Positions 40,128 to 50,247 of a DNA stretch of 64,000 bases are shown piece after piece. Numbering within the stretch: position 1 is the first letter of the stretch; each line of letters opens with the position of its first letter. The notes under the pieces were generated by a model. It was not told where the DNA came from, made no database searches, and was given only the letters and a program-made list of their open reading frames with translations. Position numbers and translations under genes: made by a program. The stretch spans positions 64,001 to 128,000 of the forward strand of contig CAVWFS010000007.1 of NCBI GenBank assembly GCA_963754315.1. The letters run 5' to 3'. The DNA is from an uncultured Candidatus Rokubacteria bacterium (lineage in GTDB: Bacteria; Methylomirabilota; Methylomirabilia; Rokubacteriales; CSP1-6).

Positions 40128-41916
40128 CCGACGTCTCGGCGTTGCGCTGCAACTCGTAGAAGCGCGCGTAGAGTCCCCCGCCTCGCAGCAACTCGGTGTG
40201 CGTGCCTTCCTCATGGATTCGCCCGTGATGAAGCACGAGGATACGATCCGCGCCCTGGATGGTCGAGAGACGGTGGGCAATGGTGATGCTGGCGCGGCCG
40301 GCGAGCAGACGGGACATAGCGGCCTGAATGAGCGCCTCCGATTCGGGGTCGATGCTCGAGGTGGCCTCGTCCAGCACCAGGATGGCGGGATTGTACACGA
40401 GGGCGCGGGCAATGGCCAGCAACTGACGTTCACCGTGCGAGATGTTGACGGCACGCTCGCTGAGATCCGTCTGCCAGCCGGCGGGCAGGGCTTCGATGAA
40501 GGCGCGCGCGTTGGCGGCGTCCACCGCGCGTTCTAGCGCTGCCCGCGCCGCGGACGGGGCCGCACCGAGCTGCAGATTGGCCTCGACGGTCCCCGTGAAG
40601 AGCACGCTCTCCTGGAAGACGAGACCCACGTGCTGCCGCAGCCTCGGCAATTCCCACTCCCGTACGTCGATCCCTTCCACGAGCACGCGGCCGCGCTGGA
40701 CGTCGTACGAGCGATTCACCAGTCGCCCGCATGTCGTCTTGCCCTCGCCGGTGGCGCCCACGATGGCCACCCGTTCGCCCGCCTGCACCTGGAACGAGCA
40801 ATCGCGCAAGACCCAGTGCTGCCCCTCGTAGGCGAACCACACGTGCTGGAAGGTGATGGCCGCCACCCCGGGTTGAGCCCGGCCAACCCGACCTGGACGC
40901 GGGGTGTCGATGGCGGGGGTGAGATCGAGGACGCCGAAGATTCGTTCGGCCGAGATCATCGCCGATTGCATGACCGTGTACTTGGCGCCCAGATCGCGAA
41001 TGGGCAGGAAGAAGCGATTGGTGTACTGGATGAACGCGACCAGGCCGCCAAAGGTGAGCGTGTGCGCCACGATCTGACTTCCGCCGTACCAGAGGAGCAG
41101 CGCGAGGGCCACCGAGCCCAGGGTTTCCACCGACGCGTAGAGCATCGCCTCGAATCTGGTAGAGCCGAAGAGGGCGCGCCGATAGTCGCGGCCCAAGTCA
41201 TGAAACCGGCGACGCTCGCCGCCCTCGCGCGCGAAGAGTTGGATGACGGTCATTCCCGCCAACGATTCCTGGAGAAAGGCATTGAGTCGGGCCAACCGGC
41301 GCCGTACCGTCCGGTAGGCGTCACGGGCGCGCAGCCGGAAGTAGGCGGCCACCAAACCCACCACGGGCACCATGGCGAAGGTCACCAGCGCCAGGCGCCA
41401 GTCCATCCACAGCATGACGGCCACCACGGCCACCAAGGTGATGGCATCCGCCACCACGGCGAAGAGGCCGCTCGTGAAGGCCTCGCTCACCGCCTCCACA
41501 TCGTTCAGCACCCGGGTCATCAGTCGCCCCACGGGGTTCCTGTCGAAGAAGCGCGCGTCCATGGCGGTGAGATGGCTGAACAGTGCCGTACGCAGATCGT
41601 GCATGACGCGCTGGCCAGTGACGTTCATCAGATAGTTTTCGACGGCGCGCAGCCCGTACAGCACGACCAAGGTGACCGCGAACAGGCCGGCCACGCCTCG
41701 CAGTCCTCTCCAATCACCGCGCAAAATGTGATCGTCGATCGCGATCTTGAGCAGGTACGGCTGGGCCAGCTCGACCACCGCCAGCAACGGGAACAGGCCG
41801 AGCGTCGAGAGAATGAGGCGGCCCTGGGGGCGAGCGGTCGCCCACAGGCGCCCCACCAGACGATGGTCGTAGGCGCGGCCGAGGATCTCGTCGTGCTCGT
41901 GCTCAGGCCCGGGCAA
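40120..41916 (-). CDS. ABC exporter subunit (MdlB-like, TMD plus NBD)
   Basis: GRLMTRV.ND, GATGEGKTT, SHGERQLLAIARAL, LDEATS. Confidence 0.92.
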   Translation of the reverse strand: MPGPEHEHDEILGRAYDHRLVGRLWATARPQGRLILSTLGLFPLLAVVELAQPYLLKIAIDDHILRGDWRGLRGVAGLFAVTLVVLYGLRAVENYLMNVTGQRVMHDLRTALFSHLTAMDARFFDRNPVGRLMTRVLNDVEAVSEAFTSGLFAVVADAITLVAVVAVMLWMDWRLALVTFAMVPVVGLVAAYFRLRARDAYRTVRRRLARLNAFLQESLAGMTVIQLFAREGGERRRFHDLGRDYRRALFGSTRFEAMLYASVETLGSVALALLLWYGGSQIVAHTLTFGGLVAFIQYTNRFFLPIRDLGAKYTVMQSAMISAERIFGVLDLTPAIDTPRPGRVGRAQPGVAAITFQHVWFAYEGQHWVLRDCSFQVQAGERVAIVGATGEGKTTCGRLVNRSYDVQRGRVLVEGIDVREWELPRLRQHVGLVFQESVLFTGTVEANLQLGAAPSAARAALERAVDAANARAFIEALPAGWQTDLSERAVNISHGERQLLAIARALVYNPAILVLDEATSSIDPESEALIQAAMSRLLAGRASITIAHRLSTIQGADRILVLHHGRIHEEGTHTELLRGGGLYARFYELQRNAETSGA

Positions 41917-43658
41917 TTTCTTCCTCGAGCTGCTGCAGGCGCCACAGGCGAGCGTACAGGCCCCCGGCGGACATCAGATCCTCGTGCCGCCCTGTCTCGG
42001 CCACCCGACCGCCCTCGAGCACGACGATGCGATCGGCCGCGCGCGCCGCTCGCAGCCGATGCGTCATGAGGAGCACGGTACGGCCGGCCGTGGCGTCCCG
42101 CAGCTTGCCGATGATTTCCTCCTCCTTGAGGGCATCGACATTGGCAAAGACATCGTCCAGCACCAGCACGGGCGGCCCCGCGCCCAGGGCTCGGGCCAAG
42201 GCGACGCGCTGGCGCTGCCCGCCCGACAGGGTGAAGCCGCGCTCGCCGACCACGGTCTCCCATCCTTCGGGCCACCGGGTGATCTCGTCCCCGATCCCGG
42301 CGCTGTGCGCCGCGCGTCGGGCGAGATCGGGCGAAACCGTCTCGCGGCCAAGGGTGACGTTGTCCAGGATGGAGCGCGAGAAGAGAAACGCGTCTTGCGG
42401 GACGTAGCCGATGACGGACCGTAAGTCCGCGAGTGGGATTGTGGTCACGTCACGACCACCGAGAAAGATTGTTCCGGGCGGCGGCTCCCACAGGCGCGCC
42501 ACAAGCAGGCCCAAGGTGGTCTTGCCGCTGCCCGTCGGGCCGACCACGGCCACCATCTCTCCAGGCTCGATGGAGAAGCTGACGTGCGTCAGGACGGGCT
42601 TGGGTCCCCCGTAGGAGAACGTAACGCCGTCGAAGCGGAGGGCGAGGTGCTCGGCCAGAGGAGACCCACCCGCAGACAGAGGCGGGGCCGGACGTGTGAT
42701 TTCAAGGATGCGCGCCATCGAGGTCAGTCCGCGCCGGACCAGCGAGAGGGTCCAGCCGAGAGCAAGGGTGGGCCAAGCCAGATACGCGAGGTAGCCATTG
42801 AAGGCCACCAAGGAACCGAGACTGAGGCGCCCTTCGGCGACGGCTGTTCCGCCGACCCAGAGAACGACGAGGGCCCCGAGCCCTCCGACGAGGGTCATGA
42901 GCGGAAGGAACTGCGACTGCGTGCGAGCCAAGGCCAGGCTCCGCCGCTGGAATTCGCGATTGGCGGCGGCGAAAGAATGCCGGGCGTGCTCCTCCATGGC
43001 GTAGCCGCGCACGACGCTCATGCCGGTCAGATACTCCTGCACCGTCCCCGAGAGCACGCCGAGTTGGGTCTGCATGGCGTCGGTTTGCTGGTGCACGATG
43101 CTGTTGACGCGCGTGAAGAGGACGACCAGCGCGGGAGCACGGCGTCATCGCCCACAAGGTCAACCAGGGATCGATAGCCACCATGGCCGCCAGCGCCCCC
43201 GTGAACGCGAAGAGGGTGCCCACCAAACTCACGAATCCGAACCCCACCAGCGATCTGACGGCCGACACATCGCTGGAGGCCCGCGACATCAGATCACCGG
43301 TCCGGTGGGCGGCGTAAAAGGCCGGCGGGTACGCCTGCAACGCACGGTAGAGATCGTTGCGCACGTCGTACTCCACGCGTTGCGAGCCGCCCACGAGCGC
43401 GAACCGTGACGCGAGCCGGGCCACGCCGTGGCCGAGGGCGAGCACCAGGATGAGGAGGGCCTCCTGCGCGAGGGGCGCGCGGGCCGCGTCCCGTTCCAGG
43501 GCATCCACAGCACGCTTCACCGTGGCCGGGATGGCGAGAGCCAGCCCAGTGGCGGCCAGCAGCGCCACGATTCCGATGAGGTAGCGGACCCAGTAGCGGA
43601 GGGCGTAGTCGAGAACGGCGCGCGCCGGTGACCTCAGCCGCGCCTCCCGTCGAGGCAA
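41903..43658 (-). CDS. ABC exporter subunit (MdlA-like), frameshifted near 43135-43145
   Basis: N-terminal half has TGDLMSRASSD. C-terminal half has GPTGSGKTT, LSGGQRQR and degenerate LDD. +1 frame switch after WAMTP. Confidence 0.88.
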
Positions 43659-43665
43659 GGACGCA

Positions 43666-44778
43666 TCACCACCACCCCTTCCGCTTGAAGTAGAGCGCCA
43701 GGCCGAGCAGAGTCGCCCCCATCAAGCCGAGAGCCCAGAGATAGCCGTATCGCCACTTGAGCTCGGGCATGACCTCGAAGTTCATGCCGTAGATGCTGGC
43801 GATGAACGTGAGCGGGATGAACAGGGTCGCGATCACCGTCAGGACCTTCATGACCTGGTTGAGGCGCTGGTTTTGTGCGGAGAGATAGACCTCCATGACC
43901 GAGGCGGCGCCCTCTCGCAGGAATTCCACCATCTCCAGGGCCTGCACCGCATGGTCGTAGGCGTCACGCAGAAACACCTTCGTCTCCCGGCTGATCAGGC
44001 CGGATTCGTCGCGCTGGAGGACGCCGATCTCCTCACGCATGGGCCACACCGCTCGCCGGAGGACGAGGATGTCGCGGCGCAACTCCTGGATGCGCACGAG
44101 CGTGTCTTCGGTGGGCCGGGCCAGCGCATCGTCCTGCGCGGTCTCCATGCGCTCGGCCAGGGCCTCGAGCACGGGAAAGTAGCCGTCGACGACCGCGTCG
44201 AGCAGCAGGTAGGCCAGATAGTCGGCCCCCGCGCTGCGGACGCGGCCCCGTCGCAGGCGGATGGCTTCCCGCACCGGATCGAACACGTCGCCATCCGGCC
44301 GCTCCTGCACCGTGAGGACCCAGTCGGCACCAACGAAGATACTGACCTGCTCCTCCTCGACCTCACGCTGGCCGCGGATCATGCGGAGGACGACGAAGAA
44401 GTGCGTGTCGTAGCGCTCGACCTTGGACCGCTGGGGGACGTTCAGGGAATCCTCGAGCGCGAGGGGATGCAACCCGAACCGCTCGCCAAGTCGGGTGAGG
44501 GTGACCGGGTCACCGAGGCCCTCCACGTCGATCCAGGTGACGCTGCCCGGGCGGACCAGCCCGATGGCCTCGGCGGCGTCCTGGGCCGGGCCATCGGCCA
44601 CGTCGTCGGCGTTGAACGAGATCACCGAGAGGCGTGCACGCGATGGCGGAACACTTTCGACGGCGGGCAAGGTGCCCGGTAAGGTTCCCGGATGGATGCG
44701 CGCCATGCGCCGACGACGGGTCCGGCTCGGACTCGGGCGCTTCTCCTGACTCTCGGATGCTCGTGACGCCTCGTGCAT
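43666..44778 (-). CDS. corA: Magnesium/cobalt transporter
   Basis: HPLALED, MKVLTVIATLFIPLTFIASIYGMNF, MPEL. Start uncertain. Confidence 0.95.
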   Translation of the reverse strand: MHEASRASESQEKRPSPSRTRRRRMARIHPGTLPGTLPAVESVPPSRARLSVISFNADDVADGPAQDAAEAIGLVRPGSVTWIDVEGLGDPVTLTRLGERFGLHPLALEDSLNVPQRSKVERYDTHFFVVLRMIRGQREVEEEQVSIFVGADWVLTVQERPDGDVFDPVREAIRLRRGRVRSAGADYLAYLLLDAVVDGYFPVLEALAERMETAQDDALARPTEDTLVRIQELRRDILVLRRAVWPMREEIGVLQRDESGLISRETKVFLRDAYDHAVQALEMVEFLREGAASVMEVYLSAQNQRLNQVMKVLTVIATLFIPLTFIASIYGMNFEVMPELKWRYGYLWALGLMGATLLGLALYFKRKGWW

Positions 44779-44829
44779 GGGCTTGTCTCATTCATGCTCC
44801 CGGAGCCCTCGGTCGATGTCAAGCAAGCG

Positions 44830-44838
44830 TGCTATAGT
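44830..44838 (+). promoter_or_regulatory. Extended -10 for suhB (leaderless)
   Basis: TGC-TATAGT 8 nt before ATG, no SD. Confidence 0.6.
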
Positions 44839-44846
44839 GCCGGCGT

Positions 44847-45641
44847 ATGAGCGACATCGAGCGGCGCGTCGCAATCGACGCCGCTCGGGCCGCCGGATGG
44901 CTCGTGCACGCCGCCCGCTCCCAGGCGCGCCAGATCGCCTACAAGGGCGCCCCCACCAACCTCGTCACGGAGATGGACGCGCGCGCTGAAGCGCTGGTCC
45001 TGGATCATCTCCGGCGTGCGTTTCCGGCTGACGCTGTATTGGCCGAAGAGAGCGGGGCGCGCGGGGGCAGCTCAGGACGACGGTGGATCGTCGATCCGCT
45101 CGATGGAACCACAAACTACGCGCACGGGGTCCCCGTCTATGCGGTGTCGATCGGACTTGAGCGCGACGGCCGGGTGGTCCTCGGCGTCGTCTTCGATCCG
45201 AACCACGACGAGCTGTTCGTAGCCGAGCGCGGCAGCGGCGCTTCCATGAACGGTGAGACGCTCACCGTCTCGCGGGCCGCGACTCTCGACGAGAGCCTGC
45301 TGGCCAGTGGATTTCCCTATGCCATCCGGGAGACCCGCGAGACCAATTTGCCCGAGTACGCCGCCTTCAGCCTGCGCGCCCGTGGCGTTCGGCGCCTGGG
45401 ATCGGCTGCCCTCGATCTAGCCTACGTCGCGGCCGGGCGCCTGGACGGGTACTGGGAACTACGCCTCGGCTCCTGGGACGCAGCGGCCGGCGCGCTGCTG
45501 GTGGAGGAGGCCGGAGGACGCATCAGTAACCTCGAGGGTGGTCCGCTCGACCTTGACGCGCCTTCCATCGTGGCCAGTAACGGGCGTATCCATGACGCCA
45601 TGCTGGGAGTCCTCGCGCAAACCCGCAGGGGTACGGGCTAG
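44847..45641 (+). CDS. suhB: Inositol monophosphatase
   Basis: WIVDPLDGTTNYAHG, GSAALDL, WDAAAGALLVEEAGG. Confidence 0.94.
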   Translation: MSDIERRVAIDAARAAGWLVHAARSQARQIAYKGAPTNLVTEMDARAEALVLDHLRRAFPADAVLAEESGARGGSSGRRWIVDPLDGTTNYAHGVPVYAVSIGLERDGRVVLGVVFDPNHDELFVAERGSGASMNGETLTVSRAATLDESLLASGFPYAIRETRETNLPEYAAFSLRARGVRRLGSAALDLAYVAAGRLDGYWELRLGSWDAAAGALLVEEAGGRISNLEGGPLDLDAPSIVASNGRIHDAMLGVLAQTRRGTG

Positions 45642-46111
45642 GTCTTCTGGGCCTCCGGGTCGGCAGGGCCGAGGGAATAGACGCGGCCTCCCAGTCGGAG
45701 CGTGCTCCGCTCGGTGGCCTCGTCGTAGTCGGCGAGCGACAGAAGCTGATAGGTCGCCGCCCGGTCAAGCCGCGCCACGAAGGCGCCTCCCTTGATCGTG
45801 CAGTACGGCACTTGGCCAGGGCCGATACGAATCGACGCGGGATCGACGACCTCCTCCGTCTCGTCGTTGACCTGCGCGAACAACGCTCCTCCCCGCGGCT
45901 CGAGCCGGGTGATGACCCACGGGACGTCGTCGACTTCTACCGGGATCCGCACACGAGTCTGGATGAAGTAGCCTCCGGTATCGCGCCGCAACCCGGCGCG
46001 GAGGTTGGCGAGCACCCCGGGGTGGGTGACCTGGACGTCGTCGTCGAACCAATCACCGCTGCGGTCGATGCGCAGGCGCGGCAATTGCCAATCTGAGGGC
46101 GGGGTGGCCAT
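45638..46111 (-). CDS. DUF1285-like protein
   Basis: LRIDRSGDWF, IPVEVDDVPWV, ARLDRAATYQL. Start MATPP at 46111 (TGATG overlap). Confidence 0.7.
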   Translation of the reverse strand: MATPPSDWQLPRLRIDRSGDWFDDDVQVTHPGVLANLRAGLRRDTGGYFIQTRVRIPVEVDDVPWVITRLEPRGGALFAQVNDETEEVVDPASIRIGPGQVPYCTIKGGAFVARLDRAATYQLLSLADYDEATERSTLRLGGRVYSLGPADPEAQKT

Positions 46112-47343
46112 CAGAAGACCACGCTCGCGTAAGTGACCACGGCCTGCGGATCCGGCCACTGCCCATAGTGCTTGACCTGACCGCGGCCCGACCCGAGCGT
46201 GCGCAGGAGGGTGTAGATCGGCGAGAAGCCACAGATCCGTCGCCGATCTCCGTCGGCCGCGATGGAATTGAAGAAACCGCGGGCGTCGCCTTCCTCGACC
46301 GTGGCCAACATGGCCCGATCCTCCTGGGCGACCCGCTGCAGCGCGTTGGGCTCGATCGGGGTCGGATCGCCGAAACGCGGTCCCACATGCGCGAGGTCGG
46401 CCCCGGCGATCACCACCACCTTTCGGCCAGACGTTGCCATCGTCTCCGCGAGGGCATCCAGGAAGCGCGGTACCCGTGGGTCGTCCTCCGGTCCCTGCCC
46501 GCGCGCGAGGGCCTCGTGGGCGAAGCTGGCCAGGATGGGCACGATGGTGAAGGCCCGGTGGCTTCCGAATAGGTAGCTCAGGAACACGGCCTGGAACTCG
46601 ATCGAGTGCTCACCGCGGTGAGCTAGCTCGGACGCGAAGCAATCCTGTTGGGCGCGCGTGGTCAGCCCGTCGACGAGTTCCTGATCGACGACGGCCGGAC
46701 CGAGCGGGGTCGCATAGTCCTTGCGAGTCAGCACGAACGGCTCTCGCATCCCGGCGTGGCAGGTGCCGAAGATGACAAAGCAGTCGGCGTCGCTGCGCTC
46801 GACGAGATCACGGTAGGCCCAGGCGTAGGCGGGTCCCCCACGATGGAAATCGATGTGGGGGGCGATCAGCCCGCGAAGGACCGGCCCCGCCAGCCGGTTC
46901 GGGGAGCGCGTCGGCGGCCCGGGGCCTCCCGGCGCCGTGAAAAAGCCGTCGAATGCGCGCCTGAGCTCGTCAGGATCGGCCGGGTAGGCGCCGCCGGCAT
47001 GGGCGGCCGGCCGCGCGTGTGACGCCATGAACGCACGGTCGACCGCCTGACGCCGATCGGCGAAACGTGGGCTGTCGATGAACCCGTGCTCGTCGAGAGC
47101 GACGATGATCTGCTCGATCTCCTCTGCGCGGACCAACTCTCCATGCCGTCGCATCAGTTCTGCCTGGATGTCGACGATGGAGCGCTGACCGTCGAAGAGC
47201 GAAACGATGGCGAGGAGGGTGCCAGGCAAGAGCACGACCGACGCCGTGTACCCGGCCGGGTCGCGTATCCCCAGCAGACGCTGGCCGTCCTGTTCAACTG
47301 GGAAGAACTCGAGGTCCACCCGGAGCCGAGGCGCCTGGCTCAT
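46111..47343 (-). CDS. amrB: MEMO1/AmmeMemoRadiSam protein B with N-terminal PqqD/RRE-like domain
   Basis: AHAGGAYP, APHID, EHSIEFQ, ADLAHVG, ICGFSP. Confidence 0.88.
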   Translation of the reverse strand: MSQAPRLRVDLEFFPVEQDGQRLLGIRDPAGYTASVVLLPGTLLAIVSLFDGQRSIVDIQAELMRRHGELVRAEEIEQIIVALDEHGFIDSPRFADRRQAVDRAFMASHARPAAHAGGAYPADPDELRRAFDGFFTAPGGPGPPTRSPNRLAGPVLRGLIAPHIDFHRGGPAYAWAYRDLVERSDADCFVIFGTCHAGMREPFVLTRKDYATPLGPAVVDQELVDGLTTRAQQDCFASELAHRGEHSIEFQAVFLSYLFGSHRAFTIVPILASFAHEALARGQGPEDDPRVPRFLDALAETMATSGRKVVVIAGADLAHVGPRFGDPTPIEPNALQRVAQEDRAMLATVEEGDARGFFNSIAADGDRRRICGFSPIYTLLRTLGSGRGQVKHYGQWPDPQAVVTYASVVF

Positions 47344-47431
47344 ACACTCTCAAGGAAACTCAGAGACGAAGCAATGTAAACCGTTATCGCGTCACCGAGC
47401 TCGCTGATATTGACCGCGGGAACTCGCGAGG

Positions 47432-47734
47432 CTATTCGAGCGGAAACGACAGGATGACCGCGTCGAGCCGGATGACGCGATACTCTTCGCCGGCCACCAT
47501 AAAGTAGTGGCCTTCCACCTCTTCCGAGCTTTCCTCGAAGGCCACCACGCTCTTCACGGCGGGCATCTCACGGAAGGCGCTAGCACCTTCGTCGAAGCCG
47601 TCTCCCCGCGCCACGACTTCCCCGTACCGGATCGGTGAGCCCTTCGGACAGTGTACGCGGATGTCTGCAGGCACCTCCGTCATCATCCGGACGAGAAGAT
47701 TGATGCCATAGACCTGGATCGGAATGGTCGTCAT
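47432..47734 (-). CDS. Divergent GroES/Cpn10-like protein
   Basis: 100 aa, GEVVARGDG and GEEYRVIRLDAVI, GAGGAGG RBS, own TGG-TATGAT -10 at 47770-47778. Confidence 0.7.
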   Translation of the reverse strand: MTTIPIQVYGINLLVRMMTEVPADIRVHCPKGSPIRYGEVVARGDGFDEGASAFREMPAVKSVVAFEESSEEVEGHYFMVAGEEYRVIRLDAVILSFPLE

Positions 47735-47809
47735 GTCCCTCCTCGCGGACCCACAGCCACAGGCACTTGATCATACCATGCTGGGTGCGGTGCGGCCCGG
47801 GCGACCCGA

Positions 47810-49198
47810 TCACGGCATGATGCCTTCGCGATCCGCTGGCGCCGGCCCTCCCAGCGGGCTCAGCTCGCGAGGGCGCTCGTCGATGGGTTCGAGCAGCGGG
47901 AGGTCCTCACCACTGGCCGCCCCCAGGTCGCGAAAGCGTCGAGCCGATGGCAGGACCCGGGATTCCATCGAGCCGACGGCTCGATTGAAGGCGGCGGTGG
48001 CGCGGCCGAGCGAGGCTCCTACCTCGCCGACATGGGTGGTGAGGATGCGCAAGCGTTCGTACAGCTGACGGCCCAACGCGCTGATCTCCCCGGCATTCTG
48101 CGCGAGCTGTTCCTGACGCCACCCATAGGCGATGGAACGCAGGAGGGCGATCAAGGTGGTGGGCGTGGCGACCACGACCCGCCGGCTCAGCCCGTCCTCG
48201 ATGAGGGAACGATCCGTCTCGGCCGCGGCCGCCACGAACGACTCGCCGGGGATGAACATCACCACGAGATCGGCGGCCTTCGCGAACTCGTCCCAGTACG
48301 CCTTGCTGGCAAGGGCACTCATGTGCTGGCGCATCTGCTGCGCATGGCGCGCGAGGGCGGCCGTGCGCTCTTCCTCGGTGCGAGCGGCCAGAGCGTCGAG
48401 GTACGCGGTCAGAGGGACCTTCGCGTCGACGACGATTTCACGCCCGGCCGGCAGCCGTACGACCATGTCCGGGCGTATCCGTCCGCTCTGCCCCTCCACC
48501 GTGACCTGCTCGACATAGTCGCAATGCTGGGTGAGGCCTGCCAATTCCACCACACGGTGCAAGGTCATCTCACCCCATCGCCCACGCACGTGGGGGGTAC
48601 GTAGCGCCGCCACCAGCGCGCCCGTCTCGCGCTGGAGCTCGGCGTGACCGGCCGCCAAGCTGCGCAACTGTTCCTCCAGGTTGCCGTAGGCATGAGCCCG
48701 CGTCCCTTCCATTGTCCGGACCGCGCCCTCGTAACGGACGAGCGCATCCTGGAGCGGTCGGACGAGACCTTCCACGGCGTCCTGGCGGCGTCCGAGCTGG
48801 ACCTCGAGCGCTTCCCGAGCGCGATCGAGGAAGGCGGCGCCGCTCTGCTGCAGCGCCTCCGCGCTGAGAGCCTTGAATGTCTCGGCCAGACGGATTCGCG
48901 CCTCGTCGAGGAGGTGCCGCTGCTCCTCCAGGTTGACGCGCGAGGCCTCCCACCGCGCGTCGGCCTGCCCCCGCCGCTCACGCTCATCGGCGAGCGCTGC
49001 GTGCAGGTGTGCCACCTCGCTGTCTCGCTGATCTAGCAGTCTGCGCATCTCGAGCTCGATCGCCTCGAGGGCAGCCACGCGCGCCTGCAGGCCCATGCGT
49101 TCGACACGCGCGGCCGCAGACCCACGAGCCCGCACCACGAGCCAGGCGAGCAACGCCCCCGCGGCAATGCCGACCGCTACGGGGACGGCCTCATTCAT
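47810..49198 (-). CDS. rmuC: DNA recombination protein RmuC
   Basis: RGRWGEMTL, RPDMVVRLP, VDAKVPL, VMFIPGE, ATPTTLIALL. Start MNEAV at 49198. Confidence 0.95.
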   Translation of the reverse strand: MNEAVPVAVGIAAGALLAWLVVRARGSAAARVERMGLQARVAALEAIELEMRRLLDQRDSEVAHLHAALADERERRGQADARWEASRVNLEEQRHLLDEARIRLAETFKALSAEALQQSGAAFLDRAREALEVQLGRRQDAVEGLVRPLQDALVRYEGAVRTMEGTRAHAYGNLEEQLRSLAAGHAELQRETGALVAALRTPHVRGRWGEMTLHRVVELAGLTQHCDYVEQVTVEGQSGRIRPDMVVRLPAGREIVVDAKVPLTAYLDALAARTEEERTAALARHAQQMRQHMSALASKAYWDEFAKAADLVVMFIPGESFVAAAAETDRSLIEDGLSRRVVVATPTTLIALLRSIAYGWRQEQLAQNAGEISALGRQLYERLRILTTHVGEVGASLGRATAAFNRAVGSMESRVLPSARRFRDLGAASGEDLPLLEPIDERPRELSPLGGPAPADREGIMP

Positions 49199-50153
49199 GA
49201 GGTGTGGGATCCTCCAACGGCGACGGTGCGCTTGGCCCAGGCCGCCAGCCGACCCTCCTCCAGTGGCGGCAGACACGCCGAAAGCCGCACCCGGGACAGA
49301 CGACCGGATCGCGCCGATCGAGGCAATCACCGGCCATGCGAGTGTGGCAGAGCGCGAAGTCGAACTTGACCGGGTCGTCCGGGTCGATGGCGGCCAGTTG
49401 TCTGGTGATCTCCTTAGCCATGCGCCAAGTACGGGAGCGACGGCGCGTGAGGCCGATGCTGCGGCTCATGTTTTCCACGTGCGTGTCGACGGGGATCAGC
49501 AGCCGTGCCGGCGAGACGCTCCGCCAGAGCCCAAAATCGGGCCGCTCCCGGCGAACCATCCAGCGCAGAAACAGGTGCAGGCGCTTACACGGGCCTCCTG
49601 TCGACGGCAACGGGAAGAGATGGCGATAACCGCGAGAGACCCTTCCGCGCGCGAACACCTGACTGAGGTCAGCCTCGAGGAAGGCGCGCGCGAAACGCTC
49701 CAGGGGTGGCCCCACATCGTCGCGTGGGTTCTCGTCGCCGGCCAGGAAGCAGCGCTCCAGGCTTCCGTGCCGTTCGAGGATCTGGCGCATGGCCACGCAG
49801 AAGGCGACCATGTCGCACGGCCGATTGAACCGGTATCGAAAGCTCGCAAAGAGGTGGCTGTGACGATCGGGCTCGAACTCCATGACGAAGCGGATCGGAG
49901 CCGGCCCCATGGCGGCGAGCACCCCCTCGAGGGCGACTCCGAAGAGGTCGACGCGTCCATAGGCGAGGCATGCCGTGAGCAGGGCGACGACTTCCCGGTC
50001 GTGAGGATCGCCATAGCGAAGGGGGAACTTGATGGCGTCGCGCTCGATCCGGGCGCCATAATCGAAGCTCGCATAGAGGTGCTCGAGCGGCTGCCGTAGC
50101 CGAAGCGCGCTGGGCAGGCGGCGTTCTGACCGCGATCGCTTGGAGTCGCTCAC
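49191..50153 (-). CDS. TIGR02757/DUF2400 family protein (HhH-glycosylase-like)
   Basis: LAYGRV, CKRLHLFLRWMVR, PVDTHV, DPDDPVKFDFAL. Confidence 0.88.
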   Translation of the reverse strand: MSDSKRSRSERRLPSALRLRQPLEHLYASFDYGARIERDAIKFPLRYGDPHDREVVALLTACLAYGRVDLFGVALEGVLAAMGPAPIRFVMEFEPDRHSHLFASFRYRFNRPCDMVAFCVAMRQILERHGSLERCFLAGDENPRDDVGPPLERFARAFLEADLSQVFARGRVSRGYRHLFPLPSTGGPCKRLHLFLRWMVRRERPDFGLWRSVSPARLLIPVDTHVENMSRSIGLTRRRSRTWRMAKEITRQLAAIDPDDPVKFDFALCHTRMAGDCLDRRDPVVCPGCGFRRVCRHWRRVGWRPGPSAPSPLEDPTPHE

Positions 50154-50247
50154 GAAGCCTGCTCACTTCTCAGGGTGGCTGTACAATAGCATATCTGGCG
50201 TCCATCGACACGTCGCCCACTAGATCTTGCGGCAGGAGGGCCATGAC

